In this document: positions 20,048 to 30,788 of the stretch, in pieces
Layout of the letters: every line of letters starts with the position of its first letter
How positions within the stretch are numbered: the first letter of the stretch is position 1
Program-made: the position numbers and the translations under genes
NCBI GenBank assembly: GCA_964607485.1
Contig: CAZSKP010000010.1
Location: 1 to 64,000, forward strand
DNA: 64,000 bases
Reading direction: 5' to 3'
Origin: an uncultured bacterium
GTDB lineage: Bacteria; Abyssobacteria; SURF-5
The notes under the pieces: generated by a model
The model's input: only the letters and a program-made list of their open reading frames with translations
What the model was told of the DNA's origin: nothing
The model's database searches: none

Positions 20048-20602
20048 TCTGTGCGTTGTCTGTGCACGCCGTGGTGAAGGAAATACACGTTAACTCCAAT
20101 AGCTACAAATTACTACTTTCAGTTAATTAATGTCAAGCGAAAAAGAGCTTTGTGAGTATTCTGTATTCGCGCGACAAGATACCGATTTCTTAAAGAGGTT
20201 TCCTGCCCAAAAATGGGCATTATGTCCCGGAATCCTCGCCGGTTTTTCTCATTCACGCAAAGTCGCAAAGCCGCCAAGGGATTTAAGCGTCAGCCGTAAC
20301 TCAGTTCCGTGGCCCTCGCTGCCTTTGCGCCTTCGCGAGCTTGGCGTGAGGAGAGATTGCTTCGGTCGTTACACTTCCTCGCAATCACTTCCCTCCGTGT
20401 ATCCCCGCCAGCCGGCCTCGCCGTCTAGGCGGGTGCGCTCCGTGGTTAAGAAAGTCTTGAGTCTCTAGTCCTGAGTCCAAAGTCAAAGAAATTCCTTCCA
20501 TTCGTTGCATTCATTAATTCATGATTCAAGAATCCGTGTGAATCTGTGTTCATCCGTGGTTCCCGCTGATTTTTCCTTTGCGCTCTTTGCGGCTTTGCGG
20601 TG
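20048..20602. repeat. mosaic of several short tandem-repeat arms and palindromes
   Basis: TCTGTG units 20048-20076; CGCAAAG/CTTTGCG inverted pair 20253-20349; GATTGC..GCAATC hairpin 20355-20386; TCCGTG units 20393-20447; AGTCnnn heptamers 20453-20484; ATTC units 20491-20527; ATCCGTG units 20531-20561; CTTTGCG units 20576-20601. Confidence 0.8.
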
Positions 20603-20783
20603 AAATGCCTGTGCTACCATTCAACCCTTCCCTCCGGATGCGTCGCCCCCTCCGATAATTGCTGACGGGACTGGTGGATTTGTGTTAGAATTCCGCTTGA
20701 TACAGAATGGCTGATATTCCGCCGAGTCGGGTGCGCATGGCTTTGTCGCTGGAGCAAATTTCGATAGAGAAAGGAGCGGATAG

Positions 20784-22289
20784 ATGAAGGTCGTCTTGAA
20801 GGATGGAGACATCTTGAAGGAGCGCGCGAATGCGCTGATTCTGGGAATATTCGAGGGCAAGCTCGACGAGACCGCCAAAAAAATCGATGCGAAGGTCGGA
20901 AGAAAGATTTCGAAGGTGCTCGCCTCGGGCGAATTCGAGGGAAAGCTCAACACGACGAGCGTCATCCACACGTTCGGCCAGATGCCGAGCGAGCGCCTGC
21001 TGCTTGTCGGCCTGGGGAAACGCGCCGAGTTCGACATCGAGAAGCTCAGGCAGGCGAGCGGAACCGCTGCGGCCGCCGCACGGGCGAAGGGGCTGGGCAG
21101 CGCGGCGTCGGCCGTGCATCTTCACGAGGTTCCTGACGCGACTCCGCACGACGTGGGCCAGGCCATCGCCGAGGCCAGCGCGCTGGCGGTGTATGGCTTT
21201 GGAAAGTACAAGACCGAGAAGGAGGCGGTGAAGGAAAAGACGAAGGAGCTGAAGTCGCTCATCCTGCCGGAGAAGAACGCGCGCCGTCGGCGCGAGCTTC
21301 AGCGGGGCGCGAGCGCGGGCGAAAAGATCGCCACGGCGGTCGGATACGTGCGCGACCTGGTGAGCGAGCCCGCCGGCACACTCACTCCCACCGCGCTCGC
21401 AAACCGCGCGAAGGCGTTGTCGCGAAAGCACGGTTTCAAGTGCACCGTGCTCACTCCCGACCGAATCAAGAAGCTCAAGATGGGCGCGTTCCTCGCGGTC
21501 GCGCAGGGCAGCCATCAGCCGCCGCGCCTGATAGTGCTCCAGCACAACAAAGGCGGTGCGAGCAAGCCCGTCGTGCTCGTCGGCAAGGCGATCACGTTCG
21601 ACAGCGGCGGCATATCGCTGAAACCGCCGGAGGGCATGGGCGAGATGAAGGATGACATGTCCGGCGGCGCGGCGGTGCTCGGAGCGGTCTGCGCCGCGGC
21701 GATGCTCAAGCTTCCGATAAACCTCGTCGGCATCATCCCCTCGACCGAGAATCTTCCCGGCGGCGGCGCTTATAAACCCGGCGACGTGCTCCGCTCGATG
21801 TCGGGAATCACCATCGAGGTCATAAGCACCGACGCCGAGGGCCGGCTGATTCTCGCCGACGCACTCGCCTACTCGCAGCGCTACAAGCCCGCCGCCGTCA
21901 TCGACCTCGCGACGCTCACCGGCGCGTGCGTGATCGCGCTCGGCCACATCAACAGCGGACTGATGGGAAGCGACGAAAAGTTGTTGAAGAAGATAGAGGA
22001 CGCATCGCGCACCACGTCGGAGAAGGTGTGGCGGCTTCCTCTCGACGATGAATACGCCGAGCAGATAAAGAGCGACATCGCCGACGTGAAGAACGTCGGC
22101 GGCAGGCCCGCGGGCACAATAACGGCGGCGATGTTCCTCAAGAAATTCGTCAAGGACGTTCCGTGGGCGCATCTCGACATAGCCGGAACGGCGTGGACCA
22201 CAGAGGCCCGCCCGTATTGTCCCAAGGGCGCGACGGGCGTCGGCGTGAGACTGCTCACGCAGCTCGCGAAGGATTGGAGGAAACGGTAG
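20784..22289 (+). CDS. pepA: leucyl aminopeptidase (M17)
   Basis: VGKAITFDSGGISLKP, MKDDMSG, STDAEGRLILAD, DLATLTGA and AHLDIAGTA motifs. Confidence 0.97.
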   Translation: MKVVLKDGDILKERANALILGIFEGKLDETAKKIDAKVGRKISKVLASGEFEGKLNTTSVIHTFGQMPSERLLLVGLGKRAEFDIEKLRQASGTAAAAARAKGLGSAASAVHLHEVPDATPHDVGQAIAEASALAVYGFGKYKTEKEAVKEKTKELKSLILPEKNARRRRELQRGASAGEKIATAVGYVRDLVSEPAGTLTPTALANRAKALSRKHGFKCTVLTPDRIKKLKMGAFLAVAQGSHQPPRLIVLQHNKGGASKPVVLVGKAITFDSGGISLKPPEGMGEMKDDMSGGAAVLGAVCAAAMLKLPINLVGIIPSTENLPGGGAYKPGDVLRSMSGITIEVISTDAEGRLILADALAYSQRYKPAAVIDLATLTGACVIALGHINSGLMGSDEKLLKKIEDASRTTSEKVWRLPLDDEYAEQIKSDIADVKNVGGRPAGTITAAMFLKKFVKDVPWAHLDIAGTAWTTEARPYCPKGATGVGVRLLTQLAKDWRKR

Positions 22290-22317
22290 GGTGCATCGCT
22301 TGCGTGGAGTCAGTTCT

Positions 22318-23433
22318 ATGCGAATCACAATCGCCGCAGTCGTTTTCCTCCTGCTAAGCCAGCCCGCATTTGCGGAGGCCAAGGGGGGCGCGGAAAGAGA
22401 GAGCCTGAGAATTATTTCTTTCAACGTGTGGTTCGGCATGGACGGGGAAGGATTGCTTCGCATGGGGGAATATGAGAGCAGAGAGCAGAAGGAGCGGCGC
22501 TATCAGGGGCTCGTCGCCGGCCTTCGCGAGTACGACCCGGACATCCTGTTCATCCAGGAGGCAAACCCTCTGCCTCGCTACGCCCGCCGTCTGGCGAAGG
22601 ATTTGGGGATGGACGAAATACACGCGGTCAACAACGGGGGCATCCGGATCGGCCCGCTGGGCGTACCGACGAACCTGCGGATGGGAATCGCCATACTTGC
22701 GAAGCCCGGGCTGAAGCTGAAAAGGGTGGGCGTTTATAGGACCAGCGGCGTGGGAATCGTCAGCAACTTCTTCTGCTTCCATCTCTCGGAATGCCGGGTG
22801 GTGCTGGCGGGCGTCGTGTATCCGAACGGCGAACCTATGCACCTGTTCTGCCTGCACATCCACTCGTCGGCTCCCGATACGGAAGAGTATCGCACCAGGT
22901 TGAGGGAGCTTGTCGACGCGGAAGCGGGAGGGGCGGAAGAATACGACGATTACGCGAAGGAGCTCGCATCGAGCTTTGCATGGAACGAGGAGGACATCTC
23001 CCGGAGCATTCCGTACATCGAAGAGATAACGCGCGACGGTCGGCCGTTCGTCGTCGCGGGCGATTTCAACGCCTATCGGCCCACTTTCCCGGCCCTTGGG
23101 GAATTCATGATGAAACTGCGGCTGCTCGACAGCTTTGCCGTCGCCAATCCGGGCCGGCCCGGTTACTCGTGGGACACCGCCCGAAATCCGAACACGCGCT
23201 TCGACGGCACCAAGGTGTGGGCCAACGGGAAGGCGAAGAACCCGCTCGAGCTATTGCAGGCCGAATACGACGGCACGGAGCAGCATCGGGTAGACTACAT
23301 TTTCCTGTCGCCCCACTTTGCGCGCGAGGACGTTCTGAGCAGCGAGCTCGTGTTCACCGAACCATACGACGGCGTTTATGTCTCAGACCACTTCGGCGTG
23401 ATGACTGAGGTGGGTTTGAATAAGCAAGAATGA
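22318..23433 (+). CDS. exported endonuclease/exonuclease/phosphatase family protein
   Basis: Signal peptide; SFNV, DILFIQE, AGDFN, RVDYIF and SDH motifs. Confidence 0.88.
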   Translation: MRITIAAVVFLLLSQPAFAEAKGGAERESLRIISFNVWFGMDGEGLLRMGEYESREQKERRYQGLVAGLREYDPDILFIQEANPLPRYARRLAKDLGMDEIHAVNNGGIRIGPLGVPTNLRMGIAILAKPGLKLKRVGVYRTSGVGIVSNFFCFHLSECRVVLAGVVYPNGEPMHLFCLHIHSSAPDTEEYRTRLRELVDAEAGGAEEYDDYAKELASSFAWNEEDISRSIPYIEEITRDGRPFVVAGDFNAYRPTFPALGEFMMKLRLLDSFAVANPGRPGYSWDTARNPNTRFDGTKVWANGKAKNPLELLQAEYDGTEQHRVDYIFLSPHFAREDVLSSELVFTEPYDGVYVSDHFGVMTEVGLNKQE

Positions 23434-23645
23434 GGTCCATCTCAAATGCAAAATCAAAGATTTCATATCGCCCAAAAGGTACCCCCAATGTGCAGATCAG
23501 GCTGCTTATCCAACTGGCAAGAGATCTTGAGAAGAAGCAGCCGCAACTCTATGAGGATATGGGCTTTTATTCTCTGAATCGTTGTGGTATATTGTGATGA
23601 GTGGTAAACGGCACTCAGGAATAGAGTGTTGTGGATTGTGAACCT

Positions 23646-25259
23646 ATGGAGATAGTCAAGGGCTCAATCAAGAATGGGAAGAGGAATAGGGATACTTCTG
23701 CAATCATGCGGAAAGTCCGTTCACGCGACACGGTACCAGAAGTCTTATTCCGCAAGGAGCTCTGGGCAAATGGTCTCCGCTATAAGGTTTGCTCGTCAAG
23801 ACTTCCTGGAAAACCTGATATCGTCATCCCATCAAGGCGATTAGTAATATTCATCGACGGTGATTTCTGGCATGGTGGGCAGTGGAGTCATCGCAATCTC
23901 CCCTCACTGGAGCATCAGTTTCAAAAAACAAAATCGAAGGCGTACTGGCTAAAGAAGATTCGGAGAAATATGGATAGGGACTTTGCGGCGACGACCACTC
24001 TATTGAACGATGGTTGGCGAGTTCTCAGGTTTTGGGAGAGCGATATTCAAAAAGATATGGAGGTCTGTGTTCAAATGACCCTTGAAGTAGCTCGCAATGG
24101 CGCGAGACCAGACATATTTGCGATACTTCCACAAAGATCATTTGCCGAATTCTTCGCGGGAATTGGCCTGATGCGCTTGGCTCTCGAAAAGCAGGGCTGG
24201 ACTATTTCCTATGCTAACGATATAGATTCTCAAAAGTATAGTATGTACAAGACTCATTTTGAGGATGCGGACAAACACTATCGCGTTGGAGATATACATG
24301 AAATCCCCTCGCGACGCATTCCGACCGTCACATTGGCTACGGCTTCTTTTCCATGTAACGACCTGTCCCTTGCTGGAGCAAGAAAAGGTTTGAGCGGTAA
24401 ACAGTCTTCCGCATTTTGGGGCTTTGTGCGTATCATCAAGGCGATGCGTAAGCGAAAACCGCCCCTTGTCCTCTTGGAAAACGTGACTGGTTTTCTCACG
24501 TCGCACAAAGGCAAGGACTTTCAGGATGCCATGCGCGCACTGAATGACTTGGGATATTTGGTTGATGCGTTTATCCTCGACGCTGCTCGTTTTGTGCCTC
24601 AAAGCAGGCAACGTCTCTTTGTGGTTGGAGTATTGGATCATGAACTTTATTCAAACAAGGTTATGGAAACGCCGCGGTTTTACGAAAGCGATGTGAGGCC
24701 AGAAATATTGGCCGACTTCATATTTCATCATCCAGAGATTCGTTGGTGCATTCGAGGTCTTCCATCGCAGCCAAGGTGCACGAGGAAGCTTGATGATATT
24801 CTCGAAGATCTGCCTGAGAGCGCGGCGGAGTGGTGGAATTCGCATCGCGCGGAATACTTGCTCAATCAAATGAGCGCGCGTCATAGGTCGATAGCAGACA
24901 AAATGATAAGTGGCTCACAATGGTCTTATGGAACCGTTTTCAGACGCATTCGCAAAGGCAAGTCTATGGCCGAGTTGAGAACTGACGGTATTGCTGGTTG
25001 CCTTAGGACTCCCAGAGGGGGGAGCGCAAGGCAGATACTATTCAAAGCGGGAAAAGGAAAATATTTTGTTAGATTCCTTACCCCTCGGGAGTGTGCGCGT
25101 CTCATGGGCGCAGATGATTTCAGAATCTCAGCGCCCTTGAATCAGGCATTATTCGGCTTTGGGGACGCTGTATGCGTACCGGTTATAGAATGGATTGCAA
25201 AATATTATCTAAATCCCCTAATCAATGAGTTGCTGCGGGGCAGGCCTCTCAGGGTTTAA
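23646..25259 (+). CDS. Vsr very-short-patch endonuclease fused to a C5-cytosine DNA methyltransferase
   Basis: N-terminal MRKVRSRDTVPE...LPGKPDI...FIDGDFWHG...GWRVLRFWE (Vsr). C-terminal FAEFFAGIG, SFPCNDLS, LLENV, PQSRQR and TPRECARLMG (m5C MTase motifs). Confidence 0.92.
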   Translation: MEIVKGSIKNGKRNRDTSAIMRKVRSRDTVPEVLFRKELWANGLRYKVCSSRLPGKPDIVIPSRRLVIFIDGDFWHGGQWSHRNLPSLEHQFQKTKSKAYWLKKIRRNMDRDFAATTTLLNDGWRVLRFWESDIQKDMEVCVQMTLEVARNGARPDIFAILPQRSFAEFFAGIGLMRLALEKQGWTISYANDIDSQKYSMYKTHFEDADKHYRVGDIHEIPSRRIPTVTLATASFPCNDLSLAGARKGLSGKQSSAFWGFVRIIKAMRKRKPPLVLLENVTGFLTSHKGKDFQDAMRALNDLGYLVDAFILDAARFVPQSRQRLFVVGVLDHELYSNKVMETPRFYESDVRPEILADFIFHHPEIRWCIRGLPSQPRCTRKLDDILEDLPESAAEWWNSHRAEYLLNQMSARHRSIADKMISGSQWSYGTVFRRIRKGKSMAELRTDGIAGCLRTPRGGSARQILFKAGKGKYFVRFLTPRECARLMGADDFRISAPLNQALFGFGDAVCVPVIEWIAKYYLNPLINELLRGRPLRV

Positions 25260-25274
25260 GGAAAAGAGTTCGAA

Positions 25275-26222
25275 ATGACGTCAGCAAAGGAAGAAGCTTT
25301 GAAGGCTTTTGAGGAGTGGTACGGTAATTTGCGGGTTTATGGGGATTTTCCAGCTCGAGGAACAATTGGCTCTTCTTTGGTTGTTTTGGAACGCTTAAAA
25401 GGAGACTATGATCTTAATCTAGATTCACATCGCGCCGCTGGAAAATCTCAGATCAGAGGGGCCAGCGGAGCTGCGGTGACAAAATTATTAGAGGAATTTG
25501 GAGAGAAGAGAAGATTTCTCAGCGAAGGGGGTCGAACAAATCGCGGTGCCCCGGGGGATATAGGAAAGATGCTAAGAGCTCTTCAATCCGCAGGCCTTGA
25601 TGTGCTGAATATGGAGGAGAGAAACGAAATCTTGAAGTCTCTACAGGGTTTTCTTGTTGACAAGGTGCGAGAATATCATGGTCGGCAACGATTGAAAGTA
25701 GTATATGATCCCAACAAGAGCACTTGGCATTCAATTTATGATTTGTTGGCGCTTGCCCGGCAAACGGGAAAAGAAGGGCCTGTGGCTCAGTACCTTGTTG
25801 GCGCTAAATTGCAGCTCCGGTTTCCGAATATTCAAGTCGACAACAAATCCTACAGCACGGCCGACGACCAGTTAGACCGTCCTGGTGATTTCTGCGTCGG
25901 AGATACGGTTTTCCATGTAACGGTTTCTCCAATGCCTGGCGTCTATGAGAAATGTCGACGCAATTTAGAGGTCGGGTTTCGAGTTTATCTCCTTGTTTCA
26001 GACAGAAATCTTATTGGCGCAAAACAGAATGCCGAAAATATGATTCCAGGTAAGATCACCGTCGAATCTATCGAGTCCTTTATTGGGCAAAATATCGAAG
26101 AGGTGTCCTCCTTTTCCAAAGAGGAATTGGTAACGAGTTTCAGAAAACTCTTGGAAACTTACAATAGTAGGGTTGACGCGGTAGAAAACGACAAGTCATT
26201 TCTGGTAGAAATTCCAAGGAAT

Positions 26223-26234
<12 letters not shown>
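25275..26234 (+). CDS. DUF4928-like protein, putative restriction endonuclease partner
   Basis: SEGGRTNRG, VAQYLVGAKLQLRFP and AD...RPGDF...FHVTV resemble DUF4928. Starts 15 nt after the MTase. AT-rich. Confidence 0.7.
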
Positions 26235-27734
<1,500 letters not shown>

Positions 27735-27787
27735 CTCCTGCTCTCCCGATAGAAACGGCAAGGTTATTTCTCAAATGGTTCCGACAG

Positions 27788-27817
27788 ATTATAGTGCGGT
27801 GTCCACTTTCAAGTCAA
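27788..27817 (-). promoter_or_regulatory. sigma70-type promoter of cobQ
   Basis: TTGACT-18-TATAAT. Confidence 0.55.
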
Positions 27818-27904
27818 CCCCCGTTGGTTCAACGGTAACTCTTTGATTTACAAGATATTTTGCTCTTTCTGGCGCTGAAGTAGGAAATTTTTTCCAAGTC
27901 CATC

Positions 27905-27934
27905 TTGACAATCGCTTTTGGGCTGTGGTAACAT
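27905..27934 (+). promoter_or_regulatory. sigma70-type promoter of the TPR/regulator operon
   Basis: TTGACA-18-TAACAT with extended -10 TG. Confidence 0.5.
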
Positions 27935-28046
27935 TATCTTGTATAACGACTTGATTCATACACTATAAATTGTGGGCAGCACCTTCTTGCTTATAAGCAG
28001 ATGCGTGTGCTGTCTAACGTTCGTGGTATGGGTGGAGCCCGAGCGC

Positions 28047-30287
28047 ATGATCGAGGAGCCTGAAGGACAGTTCCCCGCCGAAGAGGCATTGCCTCAGGCC
28101 GAAACGCCGGAGAGTCAACCCGGCGAACGGGGCGCCCTGACGGTGCTGTCGGCGCTCACCTCGAAACTCACCTTTACATCCTTCCTGAAATCCGTTCTGA
28201 GTTTCTTCTCGTGGCTGGCATCGGGAAAAATCCGCATTTCGTTGGCTGCCGGTATCTTCGCCGGAGTGATAGTAGCGCTGGGGTTCATTGTGTACGACAT
28301 GGGCGAGGAAGCGCGGATGTTGAAACACAAGTACCCCAGTGCTTCGAGCTCATATGAGCGCTCCGTGCTTTACGCGCGCGACCTTGTGCTGCAGAAAAGG
28401 TGCGCGGAAGCGGAGCCGATGCTGCGCAAATTAATCGAAAAGCGAGGCGGCACCAGCCTCCACGCAGACGCCCTGCTCCTGTTCGCCGAATGCCTCGACA
28501 CACCGGCCCAGGACCCGGCGGCGGCGAAAGAGGCCCGTGGACTATACGAGAGATTCATCGCCGAATATCCCGCCGACCGGCGCGTTCCGCTGGCGAACAT
28601 GCGGCTCGCGGAGAACTTGTCCAAAAGCGGGCTGTATATCGAGTCCGATGCGCTGTATGGGAAGCTCCTGCGGATGTCTGCGGATACCCTGAAGAAGGGC
28701 GAGGTCGAATTTTCCGCCGCGCAGAATCATTATCGGGCGGGAGACCTGCCCCGGGCCACGGAATTGCTGGAGCAAATCCGGCAGAAGTATGCAGACACAA
28801 CGGTCGGATACGATTCGACGCTGCTGCTGGCCCGGATATTGAGCGAATCCGGGAAGCCCCACGACGCCGAGCGCATTTTGGAGAATCTCATAAGCGAGGC
28901 TCCGGGCACCCCGCACGCCGCCGTTGCGCTCCGGATGCTCGCGCAAAACGCTCTGGACAGCGGTGCCTACGAAGGCGCCATCCGCTACTGCACGCGCTGG
29001 CTCAAGGAATCCCCGCTGGCGCAGGAGCAGGCCGATGTGATGCTGATGCTCGGGCAGGCAAAGCTGGCGGTCGGCGCGCCCGAGGACGCCCGCGCTGTTG
29101 CTGCCGACATAATTGCGTTTTCCCCCGACTCGCCGAGGCTGGCCGACGCAATCGTCCTGCGGGGCGAATCCCTCGAAGCCCTGGGCAAAAGCGACGATGC
29201 TGAAAGTTCATATCTCGAGGCCGCGCGCGTTGCCCCCGACGCTTCATCGCCCCACGAGCGCCTCGCCCGGTTGTATCTGTCGAAGGGAAATCTGCCCGAG
29301 GCAATAGAGCAGATGAAATATGCCTGCGAGCTTTCCCCTGACAAGGAATCGCTTTTCTTGGAGCTTGCAAAATTGTATCGGCTCAATGGCGAAAATGTAA
29401 ACGCGCTGGGTGTTCTCGAGCAGTTCACGCGTGACCGACAGCTCAGCGTCTTCATCGGCGAGGCGTATATGACAATGGCCGACATCCTGCTCGAGCTCGA
29501 CCGTCCGGACGAGGCTTACAGGACGCTCGACCGCCTGCTCGCCACCGGCACGACGACCGTCGGGCAATCCGTGGTGTTAGAGAAGCAAGCCGACATACTC
29601 GCAAAAGTCGGCCTGTACGACGAAGCCGTCGTCGCGTATCGCTCGGCGTTGGAGGCCGGGGCTCAGCCTGCGGCTATGGTGGCCAAAATCGCCGGGACAT
29701 ACCTCGCCGCCGGAAAAACTCAGGAATGCTTCGATGAGCTGGCTTCCATCAAAGAATCCGCCCTTTCGCCGAGCGAAAAGTTCGATTTCCTCGAGCTGAA
29801 GGCCCGGGGCTATCTCGAACCCGGTAAGTTCGAAGAAGCGCGTCGGGCGCTACACGATGCTATGGCTCTGCGCACAGAGAGGGAAAATTTTTCCACATTG
29901 GCACTATTAATGCAGGCGAATATGGGTTTGCAGGACGGGAAGGCCGCCTCGAAGACCTTCGACGTGACCGTGAAACTCATCGAAAGCGACCAATCCGAGG
30001 CGCCGCCCGAGGCTCGCCGTATCATCCTGGACTGGGCCGGCTACCTGTACGAAAAGGGCGAATACGCTCAGGCGGCGAAGGCGTATTCTGTCGTCGAGAG
30101 TCCTCGGTTTCCCCTGGCCGACGTGGCGTGGGCAACCTACCAGGAAGGAAATTGCTACTATCACATGACTGATTACGACAGAGCCAGGGAAGCCTATTCG
30201 CGTTTGGCCGACGAGTTTTCCGACTCAGAGTGGGTCAGGTTCGCCAAACAGAAGCAGGAGATCATGAGCCTCATGCCGGGAACGTAA
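28047..30287 (+). CDS. membrane-anchored TPR-repeat protein
   Basis: One N-terminal TM followed by many TPR-like repeats. Confidence 0.85.
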   Translation: MIEEPEGQFPAEEALPQAETPESQPGERGALTVLSALTSKLTFTSFLKSVLSFFSWLASGKIRISLAAGIFAGVIVALGFIVYDMGEEARMLKHKYPSASSSYERSVLYARDLVLQKRCAEAEPMLRKLIEKRGGTSLHADALLLFAECLDTPAQDPAAAKEARGLYERFIAEYPADRRVPLANMRLAENLSKSGLYIESDALYGKLLRMSADTLKKGEVEFSAAQNHYRAGDLPRATELLEQIRQKYADTTVGYDSTLLLARILSESGKPHDAERILENLISEAPGTPHAAVALRMLAQNALDSGAYEGAIRYCTRWLKESPLAQEQADVMLMLGQAKLAVGAPEDARAVAADIIAFSPDSPRLADAIVLRGESLEALGKSDDAESSYLEAARVAPDASSPHERLARLYLSKGNLPEAIEQMKYACELSPDKESLFLELAKLYRLNGENVNALGVLEQFTRDRQLSVFIGEAYMTMADILLELDRPDEAYRTLDRLLATGTTTVGQSVVLEKQADILAKVGLYDEAVVAYRSALEAGAQPAAMVAKIAGTYLAAGKTQECFDELASIKESALSPSEKFDFLELKARGYLEPGKFEEARRALHDAMALRTERENFSTLALLMQANMGLQDGKAASKTFDVTVKLIESDQSEAPPEARRIILDWAGYLYEKGEYAQAAKAYSVVESPRFPLADVAWATYQEGNCYYHMTDYDRAREAYSRLADEFSDSEWVRFAKQKQEIMSLMPGT

Positions 30288-30323
30288 CGATAAGTCTCGT
30301 CCTCATCAACGTGGGAGTGTGCA

Positions 30324-30788
30324 GTGGATTTAACGGAATGCATTGAAAAGAAAGTCGACGAGTTTCAGCATAACCTCAAGGCACAGGCCGAGCTCTATCG
30401 CACGCTGCTCGGCCTTGCAAAGAGACAGACTCAAGAGATCGCGGATGAGAACATGGACGCATTCGTGCTGCTCCTGGAGGAAAAGAAGAAGATAGTCAAG
30501 GAAATAGGAGAGATCGAGCTGGCCACCATTCCGCTCCGACAGTTCTGGGAAACGTATAACGACAAAGTCAACGAAGAAACTCGCGTGAAACTGCGCTCGG
30601 TGGTGAACGAAATTCGGACGCTCCTCGAAGAGCTTCTGAAGATCGAATCGCAGAGCCAGCAGGAACTGGGCATCACGAAGGACATGGTAGAGGAAGAACT
30701 CAGGCAGGTCAGCGCGGCACCGAAGGCGGTGCGTTCGTACAGGCCGCGCCCCGACAGCAAGCCGCGGTTCATGGACGAGACCGGATGA
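30324..30788 (+). CDS. flgN: FlgN-like flagellar export chaperone
   Basis: Helical LYRTLL...Q...I...LLEEKKKIV pattern; flagellar context. Confidence 0.6.
   Translation: MDLTECIEKKVDEFQHNLKAQAELYRTLLGLAKRQTQEIADENMDAFVLLLEEKKKIVKEIGEIELATIPLRQFWETYNDKVNEETRVKLRSVVNEIRTLLEELLKIESQSQQELGITKDMVEEELRQVSAAPKAVRSYRPRPDSKPRFMDETG

Noticed and set aside
20685-22463. Long antisense ORFs (also 802-1998, 8800-10131, 31942-33333, 38071-39735, 53370-54647, 57320-58609)
   Set aside because: Shadow frames of well-supported GC-rich genes, with no recognisable motifs.
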